DNA of 32,000 nt, from assembly GCF_000012905.2 (NCBI RefSeq), contig NC_007494.2:900001-932000 (forward strand). Direction: 5' to 3'. Origin of the DNA: Cereibacter sphaeroides 2.4.1. Its GTDB lineage: Bacteria; Pseudomonadota; Alphaproteobacteria; Rhodobacterales; Rhodobacteraceae. A program made the translations under genes and the position numbers. Below, piece by piece: positions 7,310 through 14,774 of the stretch (positions are counted from its first letter, which is position 1; every line of letters starts with the position of its first letter). The notes beneath the pieces were generated by a model. The model searched no databases. It was not told the origin of the DNA and was given only the letters and a program-made list of their open reading frames with translations.

Positions 7310-9468
7310 GATCCCTCCATGTATCGCGAGCGCGAGGTCCGCGCGCGCCGGCGCGGGGCCGGTGCGGCCTCTGCCGCAGCTGCGGACACGGCCACGGCGA
7401 ACGGGTTGGCGGGCCCCGCCTCGGCCCAGGCGGGCGGCGCCTGCCAGTCGATCCGGTTCAGCCCCTTGAACTCCGCTACGGCCAGCGCCTGCACCGAGAG
7501 ATCGAGCGTCTCGTTGCGGACAGCGCCCTGGCGCTTCTCGTAGCCCTTGGCGCCCCGGCGCTCGGCGAGGAGCTCGTCGAGATGCTCCGCCTCGAGCCAG
7601 GAGGGCACATGCTGGGCGCCCTGACCGCCCTCGAACCGGCCGACGGCCGCGAGGACGCTCTCCTTCATCCGGTCGGTCGCCATGTTCAGCAGCTTGATGC
7701 CGCGCGCGCGCCTGCCCTTCGAGCCCCGCTCGGGCGCCTCGTGCCAGACCCGGTCGCGCTGCTGAAAGCCCCCGCGGCCGATCGAGAGCCACCAGAGCCC
7801 GCCCTGACCGTTGCGCCGGCGCGCGCGCCAGAACTTCTCGGCATTGTCCGACCAGCCGGCCGGGCCGTTGAAGTCGATCACCAGCGCGCAGGGCTTCAGG
7901 CTCCAGCTCGCCCCCTCCACCGGATAGAGACGCTCGGGCAGATCGAGGAGCGCATCGGCATCCTCGACATAGCGGCCGGGGTCGAGCGCCCGGTATCGCT
8001 CGTCGTCACCCTTCGCGCGCGGGGCATGGTCGGGAGGCTGCGCCACCGCGAACCGGTCGATCGGCATCCGCTCGCCCTGCGCGCCCCAGGCCATGACCAG
8101 CACCTCGAAGCGGTTGCCCTGCACGTCGATCGAGACCGTGACGAAGCGCGTCCAGGCCGGGGCCACGCGCCGTTCCTGACTGCGCATGTGCTCGCGGATC
8201 TGCGCCGCCGTGAGGGCGCCCTCCTCTTCGGCCTCGGGGCGCCGGTAAGGCACGCCGATGTCGGTGTAATGCACCCGGGCGAAGTCGGTGTCGTCGCCCA
8301 AGGCTTCGAACCGCCGCCGCTCGGTCTCGTAGCGCTGGACCAGCTCCTCCCACGAGGCGAAGGCCGCGGCGGCCCCGTTCAGACTGTAGCTCGCGATGGG
8401 CGTGCGTCGGATGTCGGGATCGTCGATCCGGACCAGCGCCCGGCGCCCGTTCGCCTCGATGTGGCGGCCCTCGTGCAGCCAGCCACCGCGACCCTCGAGC
8501 GCGGCGCGGTTGAGGCCGACCTTGTGACGGTGGGCGATGAGCGTTCCGCAGTGCGGGCATTCCATCATCGCCTGCTCGCCCGCCGCGCCCGGATCGAGAT
8601 CCGCATCGTAATGCAGCCGGTCGAAGCGCGGCTCGAAGAGATCGCCGCAGTCCGGGCATTCCCAGTACCAGCGCCCGCGCGTGCCCTCGTTGTAGATCGG
8701 CACGAGCCCGGCCGTGGCCGGCGGCAGCATGTGCGGATGGCCGGCATGCGGCGCCCAGTCCGCATTCGGGTCCACCGGGAAGGCGGGCGAGGTCTCGGCC
8801 AGGACGCAGCCCCGGCTCATGAAGGTGCGGATCCGCTGCAGCGCCATGCCGAAGGGCGAGCCCTCCGGGCTGTCCTTCGGCCCGAGCTTCTGGGGCATGT
8901 GATCGTAATCGGTGAGCATCACGAGGCGCTGAGACCGGCTCGAGAGCTGGTTCGGCACCGGATAGCCGATGGTGAGCCGCATGCCCTTGAAGCGCTTGCG
9001 GCTGAAGGTGCTGTCGTCGCGCCCGGTGCCCAGGCGCTCGCGCAGCGCCGGGCTGTTCAGGATCGTGGGGTCGAGCTTCTCCTCGACCCAGGCGTCGGCA
9101 TCGGTCTTGGTCATGTGGATGACCTGCACCGGGCCCGGCGCGCAGGTGACGGCATGGGCCGAGACCGACTGCATCATCTGGCTCTTGCCGCTCTGCGACG
9201 GCCCGAGGAAGACCACGGCCTTGAAGCGGCGCGACTGGGTCATGTCGGCGGGCTCGACGGTATAGGGCGTCACCGCCCGGTCGAACGGCACCCAGTTGCC
9301 CTGCACCGGCACGCGCATGTGCCGCTCGGCCGCCTCGGTCACCGTGACCCGGCTCGGCGGATCGAGGAGCGGCAGCGCGTCTGCCAGGATCTCCTCGGGG
9401 GCGGTGAAGGGCGGCAGGGGCGGAATGCGGGTGAGCCGCCCGATGCCGCGGTCGAGCATCTCGACCAT
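7306..9468 (-). CDS. Terminase large subunit, lambda gpA family
   Basis: 720 aa from the ATG at 9468 (MVEMLDRGIG...). Walker A motif GPSQSGKSQ. Cys pairs CPDCG...CPHCG. The start overlaps the small-subunit stop (TGATG). Confidence 0.9.
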   Translation of the reverse strand: MVEMLDRGIGRLTRIPPLPPFTAPEEILADALPLLDPPSRVTVTEAAERHMRVPVQGNWVPFDRAVTPYTVEPADMTQSRRFKAVVFLGPSQSGKSQMMQSVSAHAVTCAPGPVQVIHMTKTDADAWVEEKLDPTILNSPALRERLGTGRDDSTFSRKRFKGMRLTIGYPVPNQLSSRSQRLVMLTDYDHMPQKLGPKDSPEGSPFGMALQRIRTFMSRGCVLAETSPAFPVDPNADWAPHAGHPHMLPPATAGLVPIYNEGTRGRWYWECPDCGDLFEPRFDRLHYDADLDPGAAGEQAMMECPHCGTLIAHRHKVGLNRAALEGRGGWLHEGRHIEANGRRALVRIDDPDIRRTPIASYSLNGAAAAFASWEELVQRYETERRRFEALGDDTDFARVHYTDIGVPYRRPEAEEEGALTAAQIREHMRSQERRVAPAWTRFVTVSIDVQGNRFEVLVMAWGAQGERMPIDRFAVAQPPDHAPRAKGDDERYRALDPGRYVEDADALLDLPERLYPVEGASWSLKPCALVIDFNGPAGWSDNAEKFWRARRRNGQGGLWWLSIGRGGFQQRDRVWHEAPERGSKGRRARGIKLLNMATDRMKESVLAAVGRFEGGQGAQHVPSWLEAEHLDELLAERRGAKGYEKRQGAVRNETLDLSVQALAVAEFKGLNRIDWQAPPAWAEAGPANPFAVAVSAAAAEAAPAPRRRARTSRSRYMEGS

Positions 9469-10124
9469 CAGAGATCGAGCGCCTTCTGCGCGCCCATGGC
9501 CACGACCTCGCCGGGCCGCAGGAGCGCGGCCTCGATCCGCGCCCGCGCGTCGATCCGGGCCGCATCGCAGCGCTCCTGCAGCTTCGCCACCTGCTCGGCC
9601 GAGAGGCTGAAGTTCAGCTCGCAGAAGTCCGGCAGCGTATCGAGCGCATTGCCGAAGGAGACCATCAGCTCCTCGAGGAGCTCGCGCATCCGGCCTGCCC
9701 GCACCAGATCGCCCCGCTGCTCGGCCACCCGGTTGCGGTGATACTCGGCCTCGGACCATTTCTTCAGATCGTCCGCGGTGAGCTCCGCCTCCTCCTCGGC
9801 CTGATCCTCGTCGAGGTTGCGGAAGGCGAGTGCGGCCTGAGCGGCAAGCCTGTCGCCCTGGGCCTTGGCCGCGCGGGCACGCGCGTCGCGCTCCATGCGC
9901 CAGGCGTAGCAGTGCCGGAGGCGGAACTCGTAGGCCACGCCGTTCTGCCCGTCGGACATGACCGGCATGCCTTGCGAGATCCACTTCGTGATCGTGTTCT
10001 CGGAGACCGAGAAGGCGCGGGCGAGCTGCGCGCGGTTGAGCGTGCCGTCCTCCATCCCCTCGGGGAGCGGCCAGGCCGCGAGGTCGAGCACGCTCCCGTC
10101 GACGAGGGTGACGGTGGTCAGCAC
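9468..10124 (-). CDS. Terminase small subunit, Nu1-like (winged HTH)
   Basis: LNRAQLARAFSVSENTITKWISQGMPV matches lambda Nu1 VNKKQLADIFGASIRTIQNWQEQGMPV. The GTG start at 10124 is preceded by AGGAGA. An alternative ATG start (MEDGTL) lies 22 codons in. Confidence 0.75.
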   Translation of the reverse strand: MLTTVTLVDGSVLDLAAWPLPEGMEDGTLNRAQLARAFSVSENTITKWISQGMPVMSDGQNGVAYEFRLRHCYAWRMERDARARAAKAQGDRLAAQAALAFRNLDEDQAEEEAELTADDLKKWSEAEYHRNRVAEQRGDLVRAGRMRELLEELMVSFGNALDTLPDFCELNFSLSAEQVAKLQERCDAARIDARARIEAALLRPGEVVAMGAQKALDL

Positions 10125-10252
10125 GGGCTTTCTCCTGTAGAAACAACAACAAGAACCGCAACCTGCACCCCGGCGGGATCGGGCGGTTCGATCTGTGACG
10201 GGGTGCGAATTACCCGCGTGCGGACCCCTCGGGGGGAGGACCCGAAGGGGGA
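10125..10252. other. Candidate cos region (positional inference only)
   Basis: 128-bp non-coding stretch directly upstream of the Nu1-like gene. It has G/C-run palindromes, a GATCG..CGATC inverted repeat and a T-rich tract next to the terminase start. Confidence 0.3.
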
Positions 10253-10969
10253 TCAGCCCCCGAACCGCTTGCCGAAGGCCCGACCGAGGGTCCGGCCGAG
10301 GTGCTGGGGCAGCTTCACCCGCGCCACATCCTCGGCGCCCTCGTAGAAGCCAAGGCGCTGCTGATAGACCGGCACCTTCGGCGAGAGCACGGCCACGATC
10401 CCCAGCTGCCCGCCGGCCGTGCGCTTGTAGACCCCCGGCGTGAGGCCCGCCTTCGGCACGAAGTAGCTGGCCCGGCGCCGGTTGCGCTTCTTCGACCCTG
10501 CCGTCGTGTTGGCCCGCGCATCGCCCTGCGCCTGCAGCGCCGAGAGCACCTGATTGCGTTCGCCGCGCGACCAGTTGCCGTAGGCATCGAGCCGGGCATT
10601 GTCGGCCGGGATCACCGAGCGGAGGTCGCCCGCGAACGAGAGCCTGCGGTCGAGGAGTGTCTCGAACCCGGTGCGGCCGCGCGGGCCACCCCGCTCCTGC
10701 ACCTTCAGGTAATGCCGGGCACCGACGCTCGGGCGCTCCTGCACCGCCGCCTCGAGCGTGTGCGGCGTCGACCGCCAGACCATGAAGGCGTTCTTCGTGA
10801 ACGGCGTCGGCCGGTCGAAGACCTGCCCCATCCGCTCCTGCACATGGCCGAGCACATCCTGCGCCGTGTCGTTCAGCGCCCAGCTCACCGCCCGACGCAG
10901 ATCCGGGCCGCCGAGCTGCGCCAGCGCCCGGCCGATCCCGCCATCCTCCATTCGAAGAGACAGGTCCAT
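10253..10969 (-). CDS. Hypothetical phage protein (238 aa) encoded just upstream of the cos/terminase region
   Basis: ATG at 10969 (MDLSLRMEDGG...). Third-position GC is high. The N-terminal pattern is loosely HK97 gp10-like (unverified). Confidence 0.5.
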   Translation of the reverse strand: MDLSLRMEDGGIGRALAQLGGPDLRRAVSWALNDTAQDVLGHVQERMGQVFDRPTPFTKNAFMVWRSTPHTLEAAVQERPSVGARHYLKVQERGGPRGRTGFETLLDRRLSFAGDLRSVIPADNARLDAYGNWSRGERNQVLSALQAQGDARANTTAGSKKRNRRRASYFVPKAGLTPGVYKRTAGGQLGIVAVLSPKVPVYQQRLGFYEGAEDVARVKLPQHLGRTLGRAFGKRFGG

Positions 10970-10988
10970 CGGCGCCCCCGGAATGCAA

Positions 10989-11017
10989 AGCGCCCGCTCG
11001 GGTGACCGGCGGGCGCT
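10989..11017 (-). terminator. Candidate intrinsic terminator after the 278-aa gene
   Basis: 9-bp GC stem AGCGCCCGC/GCGGGCGCT with an 11-nt loop. On the minus strand the stem runs straight into a TTT (GCGGGCGCTTTGCATTC). Confidence 0.4.
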
Positions 11018-11081
11018 ATGGTGGATGATGACGAAGAACATGGACGCGAGTGAGTTAAGCGTCAAGCCCCTTCGTTCAGCG

Positions 11082-11918
11082 TCATGTCCGATACCCTTGC
11101 ATCCTGTCCAGCGCGGTGGCCAAGGCCAGCCGGAGCGCGCCAAGATGCTCGGTGCACTTCGCCCAGCCATGCGCCGCCAGCACCTCGCTCAGCGTCTTGC
11201 CGGACAGCGCGACCATATCGACCAGCGTCCGATCAGCGATGCTGGCCTTGCTGCCTCGGGCGCTTGGCCGGATGCGGCGCACCACCATGGCCGAGCCGGT
11301 GCCGATGCGGGCGCGCAGCCGGGCTAGCTCCTCGCCCTCGCGCAGATATCCGTCCATCCAGTCGCGGTCTCCCCCACCCGAGACGCCGCCGGCGAGCAGC
11401 GCCTCGGCCGACGAGCACCTGACGCCGCCAGCCGAATGACGCTCGACGAGGCCCCGGTAATGCCGCGCCATGGCGATCTGCCCCGGCGAGAACGGAGGCT
11501 CGAAGACGGGCGCGGTGAAGTTTTCTTCCGACTTGCTCTCTTCATGGGCCAGCCGCGCCTTCTCCACAGCTGCCTCGTGCTTCAGCCAGGCCGAGCGGGT
11601 CATGGCATCGAACACGTCGGCCGCCTCCCAGTGCCCCGGCTCGATCCGGCGCAGGCCGCCCGGCAGGACGGTCACGTTCGGCACCAGACGCTGCGCCCCG
11701 CGGGCCGGGGCCACGGGCGCGGCCTGCATCGCCTCCGGAGGCGTGGCCGCTGCGAGCATGGCCGCGAGACGCTGCCGCTCATCCTCGGCCGAGAACGCGA
11801 CGGCCGCAGCCGATGCCTTGCGACCGCCGCCACTCGCCACCGTCATGGCCTCGATCCGCCGCTGCACATCCGATCGGCCATCACCCTGCATTGCGTTCAT
11901 CATTCCCGCCGCCTTCAT
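11082..11918 (-). CDS. Hypothetical phage protein (278 aa), possibly with a C-terminal HTH
   Basis: ATGA overlap with the upstream gene. The C-terminal segment IADRTLVDMVALSGKTLSEVLAAHGW looks like a sigma-region-4/LuxR-type HTH by eye (unverified). Confidence 0.5.
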   Translation of the reverse strand: MKAAGMMNAMQGDGRSDVQRRIEAMTVASGGGRKASAAAVAFSAEDERQRLAAMLAAATPPEAMQAAPVAPARGAQRLVPNVTVLPGGLRRIEPGHWEAADVFDAMTRSAWLKHEAAVEKARLAHEESKSEENFTAPVFEPPFSPGQIAMARHYRGLVERHSAGGVRCSSAEALLAGGVSGGGDRDWMDGYLREGEELARLRARIGTGSAMVVRRIRPSARGSKASIADRTLVDMVALSGKTLSEVLAAHGWAKCTEHLGALRLALATALDRMQGYRT

Positions 11919-12499
11919 GCCGCCGTCCCTTCCTCGTCCTTCCGCCCGCGGCCGGCATCGACCAGCGCACGGGCCGCATCCCGATCCCGCAGATATTGCT
12001 CGAGCCAGCCCCGATCCTCCGGGCTTGCCGTCTCCCGGTCGATCCGGTCGCGGGTCAGCTCGCAGCGCCGGGCGTTCTCCGCCGCCTGCTCCCGGATCCC
12101 GCGCATATCCATGGCCATGGGCGGGCGCGGATGCTTCAGGAGCCAGCGGTAAAGCTCGACCAGATGCCCGCCCGCCTCGGCCTTCGGCCCCTCGATCGAC
12201 GCGAGCCAGCTGGTCACGATCCGCCGCTCCGCCGCGGGTGGCTCCTGGAGCCCCCGCGCGAACTCCCGGATCACCAGCTCGGACGGCCAGACGCCATCCG
12301 GCGCGCTGTCGAGCAGGGTCTCGGCCAGCGTCATGAGGTTGTCGTCGCTCATGTAGGCGAGGCGCTCGCAGATCCGCCCCATCGTCGCCTCATGCACCGC
12401 CGCGGACACGCCGCGCCGGCGCGCCATTCCTGCCTGCTCGAGCCGATCCACCACCAGCGCCTTCACCCGCGCCCGGTCTTCCGCCTTCGCTCCACTCAT
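11915..12499 (-). CDS. Hypothetical phage protein (194 aa)
   Basis: Long ORF with high third-position GC. A GGGAACGGGG region precedes the ATG at 12499. No family was recognised. Confidence 0.5.
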   Translation of the reverse strand: MSGAKAEDRARVKALVVDRLEQAGMARRRGVSAAVHEATMGRICERLAYMSDDNLMTLAETLLDSAPDGVWPSELVIREFARGLQEPPAAERRIVTSWLASIEGPKAEAGGHLVELYRWLLKHPRPPMAMDMRGIREQAAENARRCELTRDRIDRETASPEDRGWLEQYLRDRDAARALVDAGRGRKDEEGTAA

Positions 12500-12571
12500 G
12501 GCCCCGTTCCCTTTCTCAGCACTGCCACGCCTGCCGCTTCGCCAACCGGTTCCGGGCGTTTCGGAACTCTG

Positions 12572-12713
12572 TTCTGTCTTGTCTCTGTCTTGTCTTATGC
12601 GCCGGACAGAATTCGGCCCGAGGCGGCCGCTTCCGTCCGGTTCTGTCCGGTTCTGTCCGGTTCTGTCCGCATTCTGTCCCGTTCTGTCCCCATTCTGTCC
12701 GGCGGACAGAATT
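12572..12713. repeat. Iteron array built on the TTCTGTCC/GGACAGAA core (candidate phage replication origin)
   Basis: Six perfect direct TTCTGTCC copies start at 12641, 12651, 12661, 12672, 12682 and 12693 (10-11 bp phasing). A degenerate TTCCGTCC is at 12631 and another TTCTGTC at 12572. Inverted GGACAGAA copies are at 12604 and 12704. A tandem TCTGTCTTGTC x2 occupies 12573-12594. Confidence 0.7.
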
Positions 12714-12718
12714 AACCG

Positions 12719-13372
12719 TTACGCTCCAATGCCTTGCACGGCGTCGGCCTGCGCCAGCGCATCCGCCTCGAGCGCACGGCGCACCATGTCGCGGGTCCGG
12801 TTGCCGGGACAGAACTGGACGAGCCAGCTGTCGATGCGCTCGAGCAGCCCCGGATCGGCCGCCATCTTCCGCGTGCCGCCGGCATCGAGGATCTGGTCGG
12901 GAAGCCGCGCGAGGCGCTTCCGGCGCCGCCCGGTCTCGCCCTCGACGCGCCGCTTCTCGCGCAGGCTCAGGCTTTCCAGAATGATCTCGACCACGACGCT
13001 GTGCATGAGGCGAACCTCGCCGTCGCACTGGCAGGGCACCCATTTGTAGAGCGGCGACCAGTCGCGCGAGCGGTAGGACTGCCAGGCCTTCAGGTCGAGC
13101 ATGAGGAGCGCCGCGAGCTGCACATCGTCATCGGGCAGCGTGCCGACCGGGGTCTGTTTCTGGCTCAGGCAGAAGAGGTCGAAGGCGAGGCCGCGCACAT
13201 CGGGCGGGGCCGAGAGCCGGAAGCGGCTGTTCAGCCACCGGTCATGGTGCCAGGCCATGAAGAAATGGGTCGTGAGGCGCTGGTTCGGGTCCAGCGGATA
13301 GTCCGGCAGGTGCCCGGCCTCGATCAGCCGGGGCGCGGATCCTGCGGGAACGGATCGCGGGTGCGCTGTCAT
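12719..13372 (-). CDS. DUF1376 (YdaU-like) phage replication-associated protein
   Basis: 217 aa. THFFMAWHHDRWLNS....LS....GLAFDLFCLSQKQTPVGTLPDD matches the DUF1376 pattern (Y.pfy..d.l......l...e.GaY..Ll...w..g.LP.D). Confidence 0.6.
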   Translation of the reverse strand: MTAHPRSVPAGSAPRLIEAGHLPDYPLDPNQRLTTHFFMAWHHDRWLNSRFRLSAPPDVRGLAFDLFCLSQKQTPVGTLPDDDVQLAALLMLDLKAWQSYRSRDWSPLYKWVPCQCDGEVRLMHSVVVEIILESLSLREKRRVEGETGRRRKRLARLPDQILDAGGTRKMAADPGLLERIDSWLVQFCPGNRTRDMVRRALEADALAQADAVQGIGA

Positions 13373-13656
13373 GATGTCCCTCCCCGGCGCCGCTGCTCGC
13401 GCTGCAGCGCCGATCTGATGCTGGAATGGTCGCGCCGCAGGACGTTGCCGATCTGGGTCAGCGAGAAGCCCTCGCGACGCGCGATGAAACAGGCGAGGTC
13501 GCGGGCCTGGACGAGGCCCGGAAACACGCGCGCGCTGGTGATCTCCTGCGGCTCCCAGCCCGTCGCCTCTGCGACTTCGGCGATGATTTCGGTGATCCGC
13601 GCGGGATGGCAGCGGGTGCGGATCAGGGCGGCGCGGGCGGCGTCTTCGGGCGTCAT
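13369..13656 (-). CDS. DnaA C-terminal (domain IV)-like HTH protein, stand-alone (95 aa)
   Basis: ITEIIAEVAEATGWEPQEITSARVFPGLVQARDLACFIARREGFSLTQIGNVLRRDHSSIRSAL aligns by eye with E. coli DnaA domain IV (..[42 protein letters not shown]). ATGA overlaps on both sides. Confidence 0.7.
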   Translation of the reverse strand: MTPEDAARAALIRTRCHPARITEIIAEVAEATGWEPQEITSARVFPGLVQARDLACFIARREGFSLTQIGNVLRRDHSSIRSALQREQRRRGGTS

Positions 13657-14120
13657 GCGGCCCTCGTCTCGATGCGGCAGCGCTTCCTGCCGTGATAGGG
13701 CCGGTCCACCATCTCGCGCAAATCCATCGCCGCCCGCGTTTCGGCGGCGGCCGCGGCGAGGCGCTGGCGGAGGCGGAACTCGGCCAGCGGCAGCGCGCTC
13801 CAGCGGCAGATCCGTCGGCGCCCGAGCTTCATCTGCCGGGCCGCTTTCGTGATGGTGTTGTGCGCCACGCCGAAGGCCGCCTCCATGTCGCGCAGGCTCA
13901 CACCCGCGCGCCACATCTCGGCGAAGTCCGAAGGTGGCACCCAGCGCGCCCATTCGTTGGGCGCCACCGGCCGCGGGCCGAGCCCGCGCAGCGCGGCCCG
14001 CTGCTGGACCGCCTGATAACTGATACCGAGCCGTCGCCCGATCTCGGAGATGCTGAGGCTCGGGTCCGCCCATAACCGGCGCAGCTCGGCCTCGCTCGTG
14101 ATCCTGCCGCGGTGGGTCAT
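13653..14120 (-). CDS. Phage DNA-binding protein with two HTH-like segments (155 aa)
   Basis: ATG at 14120. The two segments are SISEIGRRLGISYQAVQQR and SLRDMEAAFGVAHNTITKAARQ. Confidence 0.55.
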   Translation of the reverse strand: MTHRGRITSEAELRRLWADPSLSISEIGRRLGISYQAVQQRAALRGLGPRPVAPNEWARWVPPSDFAEMWRAGVSLRDMEAAFGVAHNTITKAARQMKLGRRRICRWSALPLAEFRLRQRLAAAAAETRAAMDLREMVDRPYHGRKRCRIETRAA

Positions 14121-14638
14121 CGCTCCGGCCCCTCCGCATAGACGAAGACCGAGGTCTGGCGCGCGAGCGCGGCCCGCACCTCGTGCCAGATCCCGAGAGA
14201 GCGCGACCAGCCGCGGATGTCGGGCACCACGACGGCGGAGCATGTATCGAGGATCGGGCGGCACCATTCGGCCCAGAGCACCGCATCGAGCGGATCGAGC
14301 ATGGGCCGAGGATAAAGCGTGGCATGCACCGCCACGCCCGAGAGGGCGACGGGCGAAATCGCCGTCACGCCCACCTGCTGCAGCCGCACGATCTCGCGCC
14401 CGGCATCGCCCATGGCCGCAGCCGACATGTCTGCCGACCACCGGCCTTCCCGGTCCACGGCGCGCAAGCTGTAGGGCGTGGCGAGATAGACCGGCCGGCC
14501 GAGCTTCGCGCGGCGCGCCACCAGCGCCGGGCCGGCGCCGAAATGCAGGAGCCCCGCGTCCCGGGCGGGATGAGCATAGAGCGCGGTCCAGTCTGGATTG
14601 CCGGGCGGCGGCAAAGAGAGGTGCAGGGAGGCGGTCAT
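14117..14638 (-). CDS. DUF1937-like protein (nucleoside 2-deoxyribosyltransferase-like fold family)
   Basis: 173 aa from the ATG at 14638. PVYLATPYS...AISPV...PLD..LWAEWC.PIL..C..VVVP...GW..S.GI..E resembles DUF1937. Confidence 0.5.
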   Translation of the reverse strand: MTASLHLSLPPPGNPDWTALYAHPARDAGLLHFGAGPALVARRAKLGRPVYLATPYSLRAVDREGRWSADMSAAAMGDAGREIVRLQQVGVTAISPVALSGVAVHATLYPRPMLDPLDAVLWAEWCRPILDTCSAVVVPDIRGWSRSLGIWHEVRAALARQTSVFVYAEGPER

Positions 14639-14700
14639 TGACGCACCGCTCCCGCAGGTCCCTGCCCCGCCGCAGAGGAGGGTCGCGCCGAAGGGAAAAG

Positions 14701-14731
14701 GCCGGGGGCAGAAGGAGCGAGCGCCCCCGGC
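14701..14731 (-). terminator. Candidate intrinsic terminator inside the minus-strand early operon
   Basis: The minus strand reads GCCGGGGGC-13 nt-GCCCCCGGC followed by CTTTTCCCTT. It sits in a 136-bp gap between the small membrane protein gene and the DUF1937 gene. Confidence 0.4.
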
Positions 14732-14774
14732 TGAGTGGCCGCGGCCAAGGCAGGCACGGCCGCGGCGGCGGTAA

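Noticed and set aside
796-9741. Very long ORFs opposite to or out of frame with the morphogenesis genes (for example 796..2385+, 1007..2383-, 2605..4155+, 4216..5808+, 5697..7121+, 7582..9741+, 8006..9565-)
   Set aside because: Their translations are Arg/Gly/Pro/Ala-rich, low-complexity strings typical of stop-codon-poor shadow frames in high-GC DNA. Each lies fully within a gene with clear phage-family similarity and proper coupling, and none has a credible ribosome-binding site.
9469-10988. N-terminal extensions of the terminase ORFs (951-aa version of 7306..10161; 506-aa version of 9468..10988), and similar extensions of the gpW-like, gpD-like, DUF1937, DnaA-C-like, BKACE and TAXI ORFs
   Set aside because: The upstream parts overlap other well-supported genes in other frames and translate to low-complexity sequence. 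Family similarity begins at internal starts that have ribosome-binding sites or ATGA/TGATG coupling.
12572-12713. TTCTGTCC repeat block as a CRISPR array
   Set aside because: The repeat unit is only 8 bp with 2-3 bp between copies (10-11 bp period). There are no spacers of CRISPR size and no cas genes. The architecture is that of iterons or protein-binding sites.
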